Source: Gammaproteobacteria bacterium (GTDB lineage Bacteria > Pseudomonadota > Gammaproteobacteria > UBA6429 > Thiohalophilaceae). From it: a stretch of DNA of 27,706 bases. A model generated the notes under the pieces. It was given only the letters and a program-made list of their open reading frames with translations, had not been told where the DNA came from and did not search any database. Made by a program: the position numbers and the translations under genes. Below, in pieces: positions 1 through 7,739 of this stretch; within the stretch, counting starts at the first letter, position 1; every line of letters starts with the position of its first letter. The DNA lies in assembly GCA_031405795.1 (NCBI GenBank), contig JANNJI010000175.1, positions 1 through 27,706 on the forward strand, given 5' to 3'.

Positions 1-2
1 AG

Positions 3-482
3 GGTGGCGCCAATATGTATCTTGATCACGAAATTCTGTATATCTACTTGAGAGATGCTAATCCCGACTATATCTCTGCCTTGCAGCGTCCGGACGTTTT
101 GACCATCCCTGCCAATATTGAAGAAGGGGATGAAATCCGCGCAGAACAGATCGGACCGGTATTTTCCACCGACCGGCAGGGAAATTTGCATATGCGTTAC
201 TCCGCACGCACGCGGAATATTCACTGGCGTGATGATACGGTCACCGCCGAGGCGGTTGCCACGATTCAAGCACTGTTAAACAGTGATTTACCGTATATCA
301 TGCGCTATCGGCTCGCGGCGAATCAGGGGATTATCTGTAACAATGTCTTGCACAACCGCACGGCGTTTACGGATGGGGGGCTGCAGCAAACCAAGCGGTT
401 ATTATATCGCGCCCGTTATTTTGATCGGGTGAGTAACACGGATATGCCAAATGAACAAAAGGGGATATTATGCTCTGGTTGA
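3..482 (+). CDS. TauD/TfdA-family Fe(II)/2-oxoglutarate dioxygenase-like protein, 5' partial
   Basis: Frame is open from the window edge (GGAN precedes MYLD), so the true start is probably upstream. C-terminal HMRYSAR and NQGIICNNVLHNRTAF match the TauD/CAS-like distal-His segment. Confidence 0.7.
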   Translation, partial: GGANMYLDHEILYIYLRDANPDYISALQRPDVLTIPANIEEGDEIRAEQIGPVFSTDRQGNLHMRYSARTRNIHWRDDTVTAEAVATIQALLNSDLPYIMRYRLAANQGIICNNVLHNRTAFTDGGLQQTKRLLYRARYFDRVSNTDMPNEQKGILCSG

Positions 483-664
483 GTGAATTGTTAATTCAGG
501 AACATACCTTCACCTCGTTTGAAGAATTGAAAAAACAGGTGCAGCATCGCGGCGCACAAGGAGAAATGTTTTTTCGCATGGATGTGAAGCCACCGTTTCC
601 TGATACACCAGGCAATTGGGAAGATCAACTCGAAGCTGCATTTACCAGCGGGCAACAACGATAG
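470..664 (+). CDS. Small conserved hypothetical protein (64 aa)
   Basis: Overlaps the tauD-like stop and ends 12 nt before cas6, an operon-like spacing. Sequence LWLSELL...FFRMDVKPPFPDTPGNWEDQLEAAF resembles small proteins I recall from sulfur-oxidiser clusters. Confidence 0.7.
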   Translation: MLWLSELLIQEHTFTSFEELKKQVQHRGAQGEMFFRMDVKPPFPDTPGNWEDQLEAAFTSGQQR

Positions 665-676
665 TGGAGTGTAAAC

Positions 677-1366
677 GTGTATTGGAGTGAATCCCCCTCA
701 GGAACAGATCAGTTTATTGTGCCTGATGATATTGTCGATATCGTCTATAAACTGGACTGCAAATCTTTACCGTTGGATCATGCCTGGTCTTTATCACAAG
801 CACTGCAACAAGCTTTACCCTGGCTTGCCGAGGATGCAGACGCCGGAGTACATTTAATCCATGTGGCGGAATCAGGCAACGGCTGGTATCGCCCGGATGA
901 TCCGGAAAATGATACATTGTGTTTATCGAAACGTACGCGCATGACCTTGCGCATATCCAAACATCGCATTGACGACGCGCATCGATTGACGAGTAAAACC
1001 CTGGATGTCGCGGGTAGCCCTCTGACGGTGAAGGAGGGGTCAATTAAATTGCTGAGTACCTTGCCTACTTTGTTTGCCCGTTATGTTATTTGTGATGCCA
1101 CAGTGGATGAGGATGCTTTTTTGCATAGTCAGGTGGCTGCACTGCGTGGTATGGGTGTCCCTGTGACAAAGGTGTTGGCGGGAAAACAAAATACCTTGCG
1201 CCTGCCAGAAGGGCCAATTGCCACCCGCAGCATCATGATCGCGGACTTAATCCCTGAACTGTCGGTGCGGTTACAACAACAAGGATTGGGGGCGGGGCGC
1301 AAATACGGTTGTGGGTTATTTGTACCGCAGAAGGGCATAAAACCGGTCGCCGGTGAAAACGACTAG
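677..1366 (+). CDS. cas6: Cas6 family RAMP endoribonuclease (type I-MYXAN Cas6/Cmx6-like), orphan
   Basis: GTG start. N-terminal LPLDHAWSL, GVHLIH, LSKRTRMTLR and C-terminal Gly-rich loop QQGLGAGRKYGCGLFVPQK typical of Cas6. Confidence 0.85.
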   Translation: MYWSESPSGTDQFIVPDDIVDIVYKLDCKSLPLDHAWSLSQALQQALPWLAEDADAGVHLIHVAESGNGWYRPDDPENDTLCLSKRTRMTLRISKHRIDDAHRLTSKTLDVAGSPLTVKEGSIKLLSTLPTLFARYVICDATVDEDAFLHSQVAALRGMGVPVTKVLAGKQNTLRLPEGPIATRSIMIADLIPELSVRLQQQGLGAGRKYGCGLFVPQKGIKPVAGEND

Positions 1367-1495
1367 CAATATTATGGGACATGTCTCTTATTGCCAGTTG
1401 ATTCTCGAGCAAAAATCCAGATAATAAGCACCTTCAAATTTTGATTTTATGAGTAATAGAGTTTATCCATTCAAACTTTAAGAGAGGACAGTCCG

Positions 1496-1834
1496 ATGGC
1501 AATTCAATTCAATGGTAAATCCATCGAAACAACGGCAAATGGTTATCTGGTAAATGCAGAAGACTGGAGCAAGGAATTATCCCAACTGCTTGCCAATGAA
1601 GAGGGTATTGGTGAATTGACCCAACGTCATTGGGATCTGATCGAATATCTGCGTGACGAATACTATAATAACGGTCAGAACCAGCCGAATGAGCGCACCA
1701 TACTCAAAGCCATGACCGAGAAATGGGGCAAAGCCACGTCAAAAGACATGTATGACTTGTTTCCGCTCATGCCCTCCAAGCAAGGCGGAAAAGTAGCGGG
1801 TTTACCGGAGAGTCGTCGCAAGGGTGGGTATTGA
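1496..1834 (+). CDS. DsrC/TusE/DsvC-family protein lacking both C-terminal cysteines
   Basis: GYLVNAEDWS, LTQRHWDLIEYLR, LFP...KVAGLP are DsrC-fold signatures. The protein ends RRKGGY and has no Cys. RBS GAGAGGA upstream. Confidence 0.9.
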   Translation: MAIQFNGKSIETTANGYLVNAEDWSKELSQLLANEEGIGELTQRHWDLIEYLRDEYYNNGQNQPNERTILKAMTEKWGKATSKDMYDLFPLMPSKQGGKVAGLPESRRKGGY

Positions 1835-1975
1835 TTTCCAGCGCCCTGCTATCCAAATTGGATATAGTGGGGGCTAAAGCGCCGGTGCTATATTTCCTAA
1901 CCCAGATGCAGGTCTTCGGTTTTGTCGAAGATTGAAAGTGTATTTACTTTACAGTGCGTTAATGCGAGGTAAGTT

Positions 1976-2182
1976 ATGAGTGACAAGCAAGCAAACATCA
2001 AAAAAATGCTTGAAATGCAAAAGATGTTCATGAATCTGGAGCATGAGAGCGGTGTGGATTCTGAAACCTACTATGCCGCACCAGCAGGGCATGCATTACA
2101 CAACTACCGTCATGAATATCAGCAGTTGGCGATGGAAGTGTGCGATTTGGCACATGCTGAGAAAAAATCGCATCGCGATTAA
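1976..2182 (+). CDS. Small hypothetical protein (68 aa)
   Basis: RBS GAGG upstream, predicted helical composition, followed by a strong terminator. Confidence 0.7.
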   Translation: MSDKQANIKKMLEMQKMFMNLEHESGVDSETYYAAPAGHALHNYRHEYQQLAMEVCDLAHAEKKSHRD

Positions 2183-2196
2183 TCGCAAAGTCCCAA

Positions 2197-2238
2197 CAGA
2201 AATAAAAAAGCCGCATTACTGCGGCTTTTTTATTTCTG
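2197..2238. terminator. Bidirectional intrinsic terminator
   Basis: Perfect 19-bp inverted repeat CAGAAATAAAAAAGCCGCA-TTAC-TGCGGCTTTTTTATTTCTG with A/T tracts on both sides, between convergent genes. Confidence 0.9.
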
Positions 2239-2254
2239 CATTACCTGGGAGTAT

Positions 2255-2929
2255 TCAGATATCAGCCCACATACGGACTAAATTGACGTAACTGCGATCC
2301 AATTGCTGGGTGTTTTCATTCTCCGGTGCAGTTTTCAACAATGCTTCTCTGACACTGTTAAGCCCGTAGAGCAATTCACGTTTAGCGGGGTCGCGCACTA
2401 AACTTTGCACCCAAGTCACGGCGACCAGACGCTCACCTTGTGTCACCGGATTAACGTGATGGAGGCAGGAGGAAGGATAGAGAATCGCATGACCGGCGGC
2501 GCATTTGATTTGTTGCTCACCATAACTGGTGCGGATAACCAGCTCACCGCCGTGATAATTTGCCGGGGAATTTAAAAATACCGTGACCGAGACATCCGAG
2601 CGATAACGCTGACCTTGCGGACCCATGATCGGATCATCAATGTGATCGCCGTAAGATTTACCCAGTCCATAACGGGCATAAAACGGCACCGCGACACGGT
2701 GTGGCAAGGCGGCATTTTGAAAGTGAGGGTGTTGCACTAAACTACCCATAACGAGGTGGTTAAGGCGGTTTAATTGCGCGGCAGCCGGGCTTACCTCTTC
2801 ATTATTTTTCACCTGCTGGGCAACCTGACCTGCGGAGAGTTTGCCATCCACAAACGGCGCGCCCGCCAACAACGTATGGATTTCAGCTAATTGGCCAGCA
2901 TTGAGCACGGCGGGTATTTCCACAAGCAT
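2255..2929 (-). CDS. ybiX: PKHD-type Fe(II)/2OG hydroxylase (YbiX/PiuC family)
   Basis: FVDGKLSAG, VKNNEE, YGDHIDD, RSDVSVTVFL, YHGGELVI, LYPSSCLHHVNPVTQGER, YVNLVRMWA. Confidence 0.9.
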   Translation of the reverse strand: MLVEIPAVLNAGQLAEIHTLLAGAPFVDGKLSAGQVAQQVKNNEEVSPAAAQLNRLNHLVMGSLVQHPHFQNAALPHRVAVPFYARYGLGKSYGDHIDDPIMGPQGQRYRSDVSVTVFLNSPANYHGGELVIRTSYGEQQIKCAAGHAILYPSSCLHHVNPVTQGERLVAVTWVQSLVRDPAKRELLYGLNSVREALLKTAPENENTQQLDRSYVNLVRMWADI

Positions 2930-2993
2930 AGGGTGTGTTCCTGCTGATCAATTCCCGATAGAATAGCGAATGACAAGTTTATAGGAATCCGCG

Positions 2994-3317
2994 ATGAAAC
3001 TAAATGTACAAATTGACGAGCGCATGTATCAGATCGAGGTTCCTGAGGATATGGCATACACCGCGAAGGACATTTTTGCCAAAATGGACCGTGAAATGGA
3101 TAACGGTTGGCAGATGAGCCGGGAATGGGTTCAGGATCTCGATGCGACACAACGCTGTCAGGTGGCCGCCAATCGATTATTAACGGCAGTAGAAAATAAT
3201 CATCAACCGAGCATGATGTTGATGTCGGGCTATATCCTCTACAAAATGCCATCCATTCAAAAGATTTTTATCGACACACAGGGTGATATGACGCAGACAC
3301 AATTGTATACCCGTTAA
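2994..3317 (+). CDS. Conserved hypothetical protein (107 aa)
   Basis: RBS AGGA upstream and natural-looking sequence (KMDREMDNGWQMSREWV, QRCQVAANRLLTA). Divergent from ybiX. Confidence 0.75.
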   Translation: MKLNVQIDERMYQIEVPEDMAYTAKDIFAKMDREMDNGWQMSREWVQDLDATQRCQVAANRLLTAVENNHQPSMMLMSGYILYKMPSIQKIFIDTQGDMTQTQLYTR

Positions 3318-3327
3318 GGTTATTGTA

Positions 3328-3350
3328 ACTGATGGTGGGTTTACATCAGT
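3328..3350. terminator. Possible terminator hairpin between convergent genes
   Basis: ACTGATG-N9-CATCAGT 7-bp stem just after the 3317 stop. The T-tract is weak. Confidence 0.3.
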
Positions 3351-3429
3351 GTGACTTTTCTATCAGGCTACTCAGTCTATGATAACCAAGTAAAGGGATT
3401 ATGAAGTCAGCACATTTAACTGCGCCTGT

Positions 3430-4392
3430 TCAGCCATCCAAATTAACATCAAAAATTTCTAATTTATCTGCATCTACCAGTGCAGTGCCAATAATATCAT
3501 TGCGTACATCGGGGTCAAAGGTGTTCGGGTGGGTGCCGGAGCGCTTTATCGCGAGTACCGTATCCAGTGTATCTTTTTCCGCTTGCACCTGCTGGTATAG
3601 CAGTAATGAGTCACAGTAATATTCATTGCAAGTATCGGAGCGCAGGTTTCGTGGTAGTGCGCAACCTGAACGGGTCTGGTTAATACAGGCACCTTCGATA
3701 GTTTCTGAGCTAAGGTGGGATAAATACAAGTTGAGTATTTCTTCATCTGAAAAATCAGGGTGGGTTTCTTTACAACGATTGATAGTTATCACAGTCAGGT
3801 AAGCGTGGTTGTTGCCGGCCAGGCAGCACCCACCTTGACACATACCGCAGAGCCGATCGCTAATGGTACGTAATGCAGGTTTTTCTAAAAAAAACTGTGC
3901 TGTTTTTACGTGTGGTTCCTGATGTATGACATTAGGCACTTCAGCGTCGTCAGCATGCTGAGTAGTCTGGCTAATCAAGTTGCGTATGTGTTCCGTGTAA
4001 CTACTTATCCGTTCCTGCGTGAGCGGAAATACAGAAGTCAGCCCTGATGGAATGGTCAGTAAATACGTGTTTTTATTCGTAAGTTCAGGATTATTTTTCA
4101 GAACGGAGTGCAATAGGATGCTGTGTTCATTGGACTCTTTTTCCTTGGCTTCTTCAATATATTTTTTCTTCTTAGCAGCCATTTCTCTGCGTTCATGAAT
4201 AAGGTTTCTTTGAAATTCGAGACGGGCACTAAATATTGCAGGGGACATGGAAGATTTTTGACTCATAATCCTCCTGCAATCAAAACTACGGCATGCCAAA
4301 TATCCCAGATCATTGGTTGACACCAAGTCAGGTTGACTTAATGTGCAATCACATACTTCGCATTTAACCTGATTGAAAATAGGATGTGGCAT
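3430..4392 (-). CDS. Cys-cluster protein, YkgJ/CxxCxxCC-like metal-binding domain plus N-terminal Cys motifs
   Basis: LCGMCQGGCC...CINQTRSGCALPRNLRSDTCNEYYC; N-terminal CEVCDC and CRSFDC. Confidence 0.6.
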   Translation of the reverse strand: MPHPIFNQVKCEVCDCTLSQPDLVSTNDLGYLACRSFDCRRIMSQKSSMSPAIFSARLEFQRNLIHERREMAAKKKKYIEEAKEKESNEHSILLHSVLKNNPELTNKNTYLLTIPSGLTSVFPLTQERISSYTEHIRNLISQTTQHADDAEVPNVIHQEPHVKTAQFFLEKPALRTISDRLCGMCQGGCCLAGNNHAYLTVITINRCKETHPDFSDEEILNLYLSHLSSETIEGACINQTRSGCALPRNLRSDTCNEYYCDSLLLYQQVQAEKDTLDTVLAIKRSGTHPNTFDPDVRNDIIGTALVDADKLEIFDVNLDG

Positions 4393-4596
4393 TTATTCAT
4401 TCGCAATATTAGCGGAACTGGTTTCAATTGTAATATTATCCAATAAAACAAATAATTGAAATACCTGATCAAGAGTGCCCGGTTATATCCTTTACAAAAT
4501 GCCAACCACCTCATAGGTTTTTATTGATGCGCAAGCTGACATGACCTGGAGGCAACCGTAAACCCGTTAAGTGGCTGAAGCTAATCTAATCCCACG

Positions 4597-5085
4597 TTAA
4601 AGTGACTTTTCCATTTTAACATGCCCGATACTGCCAAATAATGTCGGTGCCAGACCGGTGTTCTGATACTGCCGAGATTGATAAAAAGCTTGGGCATTGT
4701 CACGCGCATTGAGCAGGATGGTGGTTACCTGCCATTCGTGCGCCTTGGCTTCAAGGGTCTGTAATATTGCCGAACCAACCCCGCAGCGTTGGAATGGCGG
4801 TATCACCGCCATGTACCGAATGTGTGCTTGTTGCTGGGTGAGGCGATGTATTCGGCCTATGCCGATCAAATCATTATTATCGAGCAAGGCCATTACATGA
4901 TAAGCGTGAGCTTCATGTTCATCTTGTTCATTACCACGTGGTTGTTGCCACGGTGCACGCAGAATCTGCCAGCGCAGATCAAAACAGGCCTCTAATTCCT
5001 GAGTTGTAGCAGGTGACTTAATAATAAAGGTTGGATTGGCCATGAGTCCGGGGAGGGGCGATGAGCCGTCGTTCACGACTGGCAT
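4597..5085 (-). CDS. GNAT family N-acetyltransferase
   Basis: LRWQILRAP, RYMAV, motif A QRCGVGSAIL, LNARDNAQAFY. Start overlaps the upstream stop (TGATG). An alternative start lies at 5043. Confidence 0.9.
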   Translation of the reverse strand: MPVVNDGSSPLPGLMANPTFIIKSPATTQELEACFDLRWQILRAPWQQPRGNEQDEHEAHAYHVMALLDNNDLIGIGRIHRLTQQQAHIRYMAVIPPFQRCGVGSAILQTLEAKAHEWQVTTILLNARDNAQAFYQSRQYQNTGLAPTLFGSIGHVKMEKSL

Positions 5086-5687
5086 CAGGCAAATACCACC
5101 CAGGTTGTGGCGATGTATTTTACTCCTTGTTGCAGTGTCACGCCGCGATGTTCATGAGTCCAAAATGGCGGGAATAAAATGAGTTTGCCTTGCTCGGGTT
5201 TGATTTTTATATTTTGGTACAAAAATTCCGTTTCACCACCTGGTCCAGCAACATCATTCAAGTACCACAAGGCCACCAATTGTCGTTGACTGAATTCATG
5301 GCTGCCGCCATCAATATGCCAATGATAATGTTCACCAGGGTTAGTGCGTTGGATCGCATAACCCATGTCCTTAAACGGACCCTTGAAAAAATGATAGCGT
5401 TCGCGAAATTCAACGATGGCTTTGCCCAGTGACTGAAATAGCGCGCGATCCACGTCGTGCCAGTGCGGTTTGCCGCTGACAACTAAATCCGTGGATTTTT
5501 TAATACTCCGATCCTGTTCCGCCAATTGACCGATGCGACCTTCATACTGTTCATGTTGATGCTGTTCAAAACGCTGAATCATGTCAAGGCATTGTTCAGT
5601 AGAAAGGGCGTAATTTTTTTCAAATATGAAAGCATCAGGTTTGACTTCGACGATGGTCGATAGTGGGGTAAGGGTTTTTATGTGCAT
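5085..5687 (-). CDS. 2OG-Fe(II) oxygenase (prolyl-4-hydroxylase-like)
   Basis: HxD (WHIDG), LWYLNDV..GGETEF, GKLILFPPFWTHEHRG, KYIATTW. Confidence 0.85.
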   Translation of the reverse strand: MHIKTLTPLSTIVEVKPDAFIFEKNYALSTEQCLDMIQRFEQHQHEQYEGRIGQLAEQDRSIKKSTDLVVSGKPHWHDVDRALFQSLGKAIVEFRERYHFFKGPFKDMGYAIQRTNPGEHYHWHIDGGSHEFSQRQLVALWYLNDVAGPGGETEFLYQNIKIKPEQGKLILFPPFWTHEHRGVTLQQGVKYIATTWVVFA

Positions 5688-5700
5688 TTTATTCGGTTTT

Positions 5701-6744
5701 TCAGAGGCGATTGTTGTCGATCAAATCCATCAGCGGTTGGTTAAAGTCAGCAGGATGCTTTTCGATGAATGACATGATGCGCTGACATAACGTGCTCCAA
5801 TGCACCACACTTTCCTTACTAACACGATATAGTTCTGTACTATCACCGGTACGGTGCCAGTCTTCGTAGACGGCAATAATACCAGGAAATAAATATTTTC
5901 GCATATTGGTTAGATTGGCGAAGAAAAAATGCAAAGCCGCCGCATTTTCGTGTTCAAGTATTTGCGGCAATGTCGATAGGGTATCCGCATAGAGATCACG
6001 TACAGCACGCAACATGATTTCTAATTTTGAGTGTGGTACTTGTAGTAGCAATTTCTCCCAGTCTTCGCCAAGTTGATAGTGCGCCATGACCTCGCCGATT
6101 TCGTGCCAAATGACGGATTGCAATTCGTTCTGAGTCATTGTATCTAATGCCAGATCCAAGTCGCACTCAAAATCATAATATGCCAAGGCGCGGCCCAAGG
6201 CATTGTCTGGCTTATTCCATAACCACTGTTCGTATTTTTCCCATAACATGCGCCGTAACGCATCACGGCGAATATAAATATTTTTCCCCTGACTCATGGC
6301 CGGTGGTGAGGTCAAGTCGCAGGCATATTCGTCGCCGGAAACATAGATGTCGAATTCCTGATGGACCTCATGTTTTTCCAGGACGCCAAGAAAAAAATGG
6401 GGCTTCACGTTGTATCCAAATCCACCACTATATATAAGATGCTGAGGGGCTAAGGCAGTGTTGATGGCAGCTGAATCAAATGGGTCGTACGTTGTGCCAT
6501 TAATGGCAAGGGGTTTAAAGGATTCATCTTGCAAGGTTTCCCACAGTTGCTCACGTGAACGCAGCCAATTGCCGACACTATCGTTGGGTAGCGGATCACC
6601 GAAGTTATAGCCGTGTTCCCAGCGGTAATATTCACGCATCTTGAGCAGATAAATGCACATCGTGTAGTTCCCGGCGGCAGTGGCGTCGGCAATGTGGCAA
6701 TTTTTCTGTACTGTTTGCTTAATTTGCTGTAAATCCAGACTCAT
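5701..6744 (-). CDS. Conserved hypothetical protein, Sfum_1244-like
   Basis: N-terminal VQKNCHIADA...YTMCIYLLKMREYYRWE and WHEIGE...RAVRDLYAD resemble this family as I recall it. Family name not verified by search. Confidence 0.6.
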   Translation of the reverse strand: MSLDLQQIKQTVQKNCHIADATAAGNYTMCIYLLKMREYYRWEHGYNFGDPLPNDSVGNWLRSREQLWETLQDESFKPLAINGTTYDPFDSAAINTALAPQHLIYSGGFGYNVKPHFFLGVLEKHEVHQEFDIYVSGDEYACDLTSPPAMSQGKNIYIRRDALRRMLWEKYEQWLWNKPDNALGRALAYYDFECDLDLALDTMTQNELQSVIWHEIGEVMAHYQLGEDWEKLLLQVPHSKLEIMLRAVRDLYADTLSTLPQILEHENAAALHFFFANLTNMRKYLFPGIIAVYEDWHRTGDSTELYRVSKESVVHWSTLCQRIMSFIEKHPADFNQPLMDLIDNNRL

Positions 6745-6907
6745 ATGGGTAGTGTAGGCGATAATTATTCACTTGTGAGGCAGTAAATTCTGGGTAGAAT
6801 ACACTGAATTTAGGCTAACATAGATAGCATGGTGTTGCCAGCCTTACCGGCTTGGCATCTGGTAGGCACATGGTTTTTCAGAGAATTAGTCGGTGAGGTA
6901 AAAAAAC

Positions 6908-7459
6908 GTGCGTGTGAGGAGCAAGTGGAATCGTAAAGATAAGACCCATTCGGTGGAAGAGGTGGGTGCCGCGTTGGCCTTTATTGCCTGGCGGATTGCA
7001 CAAAACAGTATCCTGAACATGGAAAACCACGAATTTCAAACTGACACGCAACCACAACGCTTGAATATCATTGCAGAGTTTCTGTGTTTTACCCTGCACG
7101 TTATTGATCGCATGACAATCGATCGTTTTGATGCCGACTCCCGTGTGCGTTTCATGACGGAATTAGCGGCTAAGTCTGCCAAAAATATGTATGACAATAA
7201 AAAAGAAATGCTGGGACCGGGTGAGTACCGCCAGGAATTTATTGATTTACTTAATATACGCCTGGCGGATTACGCGGAGTTTTCTTATGATGCCGACAAC
7301 GGTGGCCCGAGTTTCCCGATGCGACGTTTTTTTGGGGATCGGGTCACTGAACAAATGGGTGAAAAAAATCGGCGCTGGGTCGGCGATCAAATTATTGACG
7401 TGGAAGTCCCGGAGATTTTTTCGACGTTAAAACGTTCAGTGCCGAATTTGTTTATGTGA
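6908..7459 (+). CDS. Conserved hypothetical protein (183 aa)
   Basis: GTG start with RBS GAGG upstream and a long natural-looking ORF. Confidence 0.75.
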   Translation: MRVRSKWNRKDKTHSVEEVGAALAFIAWRIAQNSILNMENHEFQTDTQPQRLNIIAEFLCFTLHVIDRMTIDRFDADSRVRFMTELAAKSAKNMYDNKKEMLGPGEYRQEFIDLLNIRLADYAEFSYDADNGGPSFPMRRFFGDRVTEQMGEKNRRWVGDQIIDVEVPEIFSTLKRSVPNLFM

Positions 7460-7739
7460 TAACCTGGTCGGCCATACAGCAACTGCATTGTTGCTTTCTT
7501 TGTGAAATCTTAGCACCAGTCTTAGCCAATAAAATCAGTTCACCCGCCTTTCACTAGCATAGGTGAAAAAGGTTAACAAGTGAATATTCCAGCCTGCGCC
7601 GGGGAATTTTTCATTTGTCCCATCAAGCAGACTTTGTATATTACCTCCAATGCCAGTTTTAGCAGGATAAATAACCAAGTAATGGCCAAAGCCAAATACG
7701 AACAGCGTTTCGCAGGTATTTTCACGCCAGGATGCAAAG

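Noticed and set aside
6852-6868. Possible sigma-54 promoter TTGGCATCTGGTAGGCA upstream of 6908
   Set aside because: GG-N10-GC spacing is right, but the -12 element (AGGCA) deviates from TTGC and no enhancer boxes are nearby.
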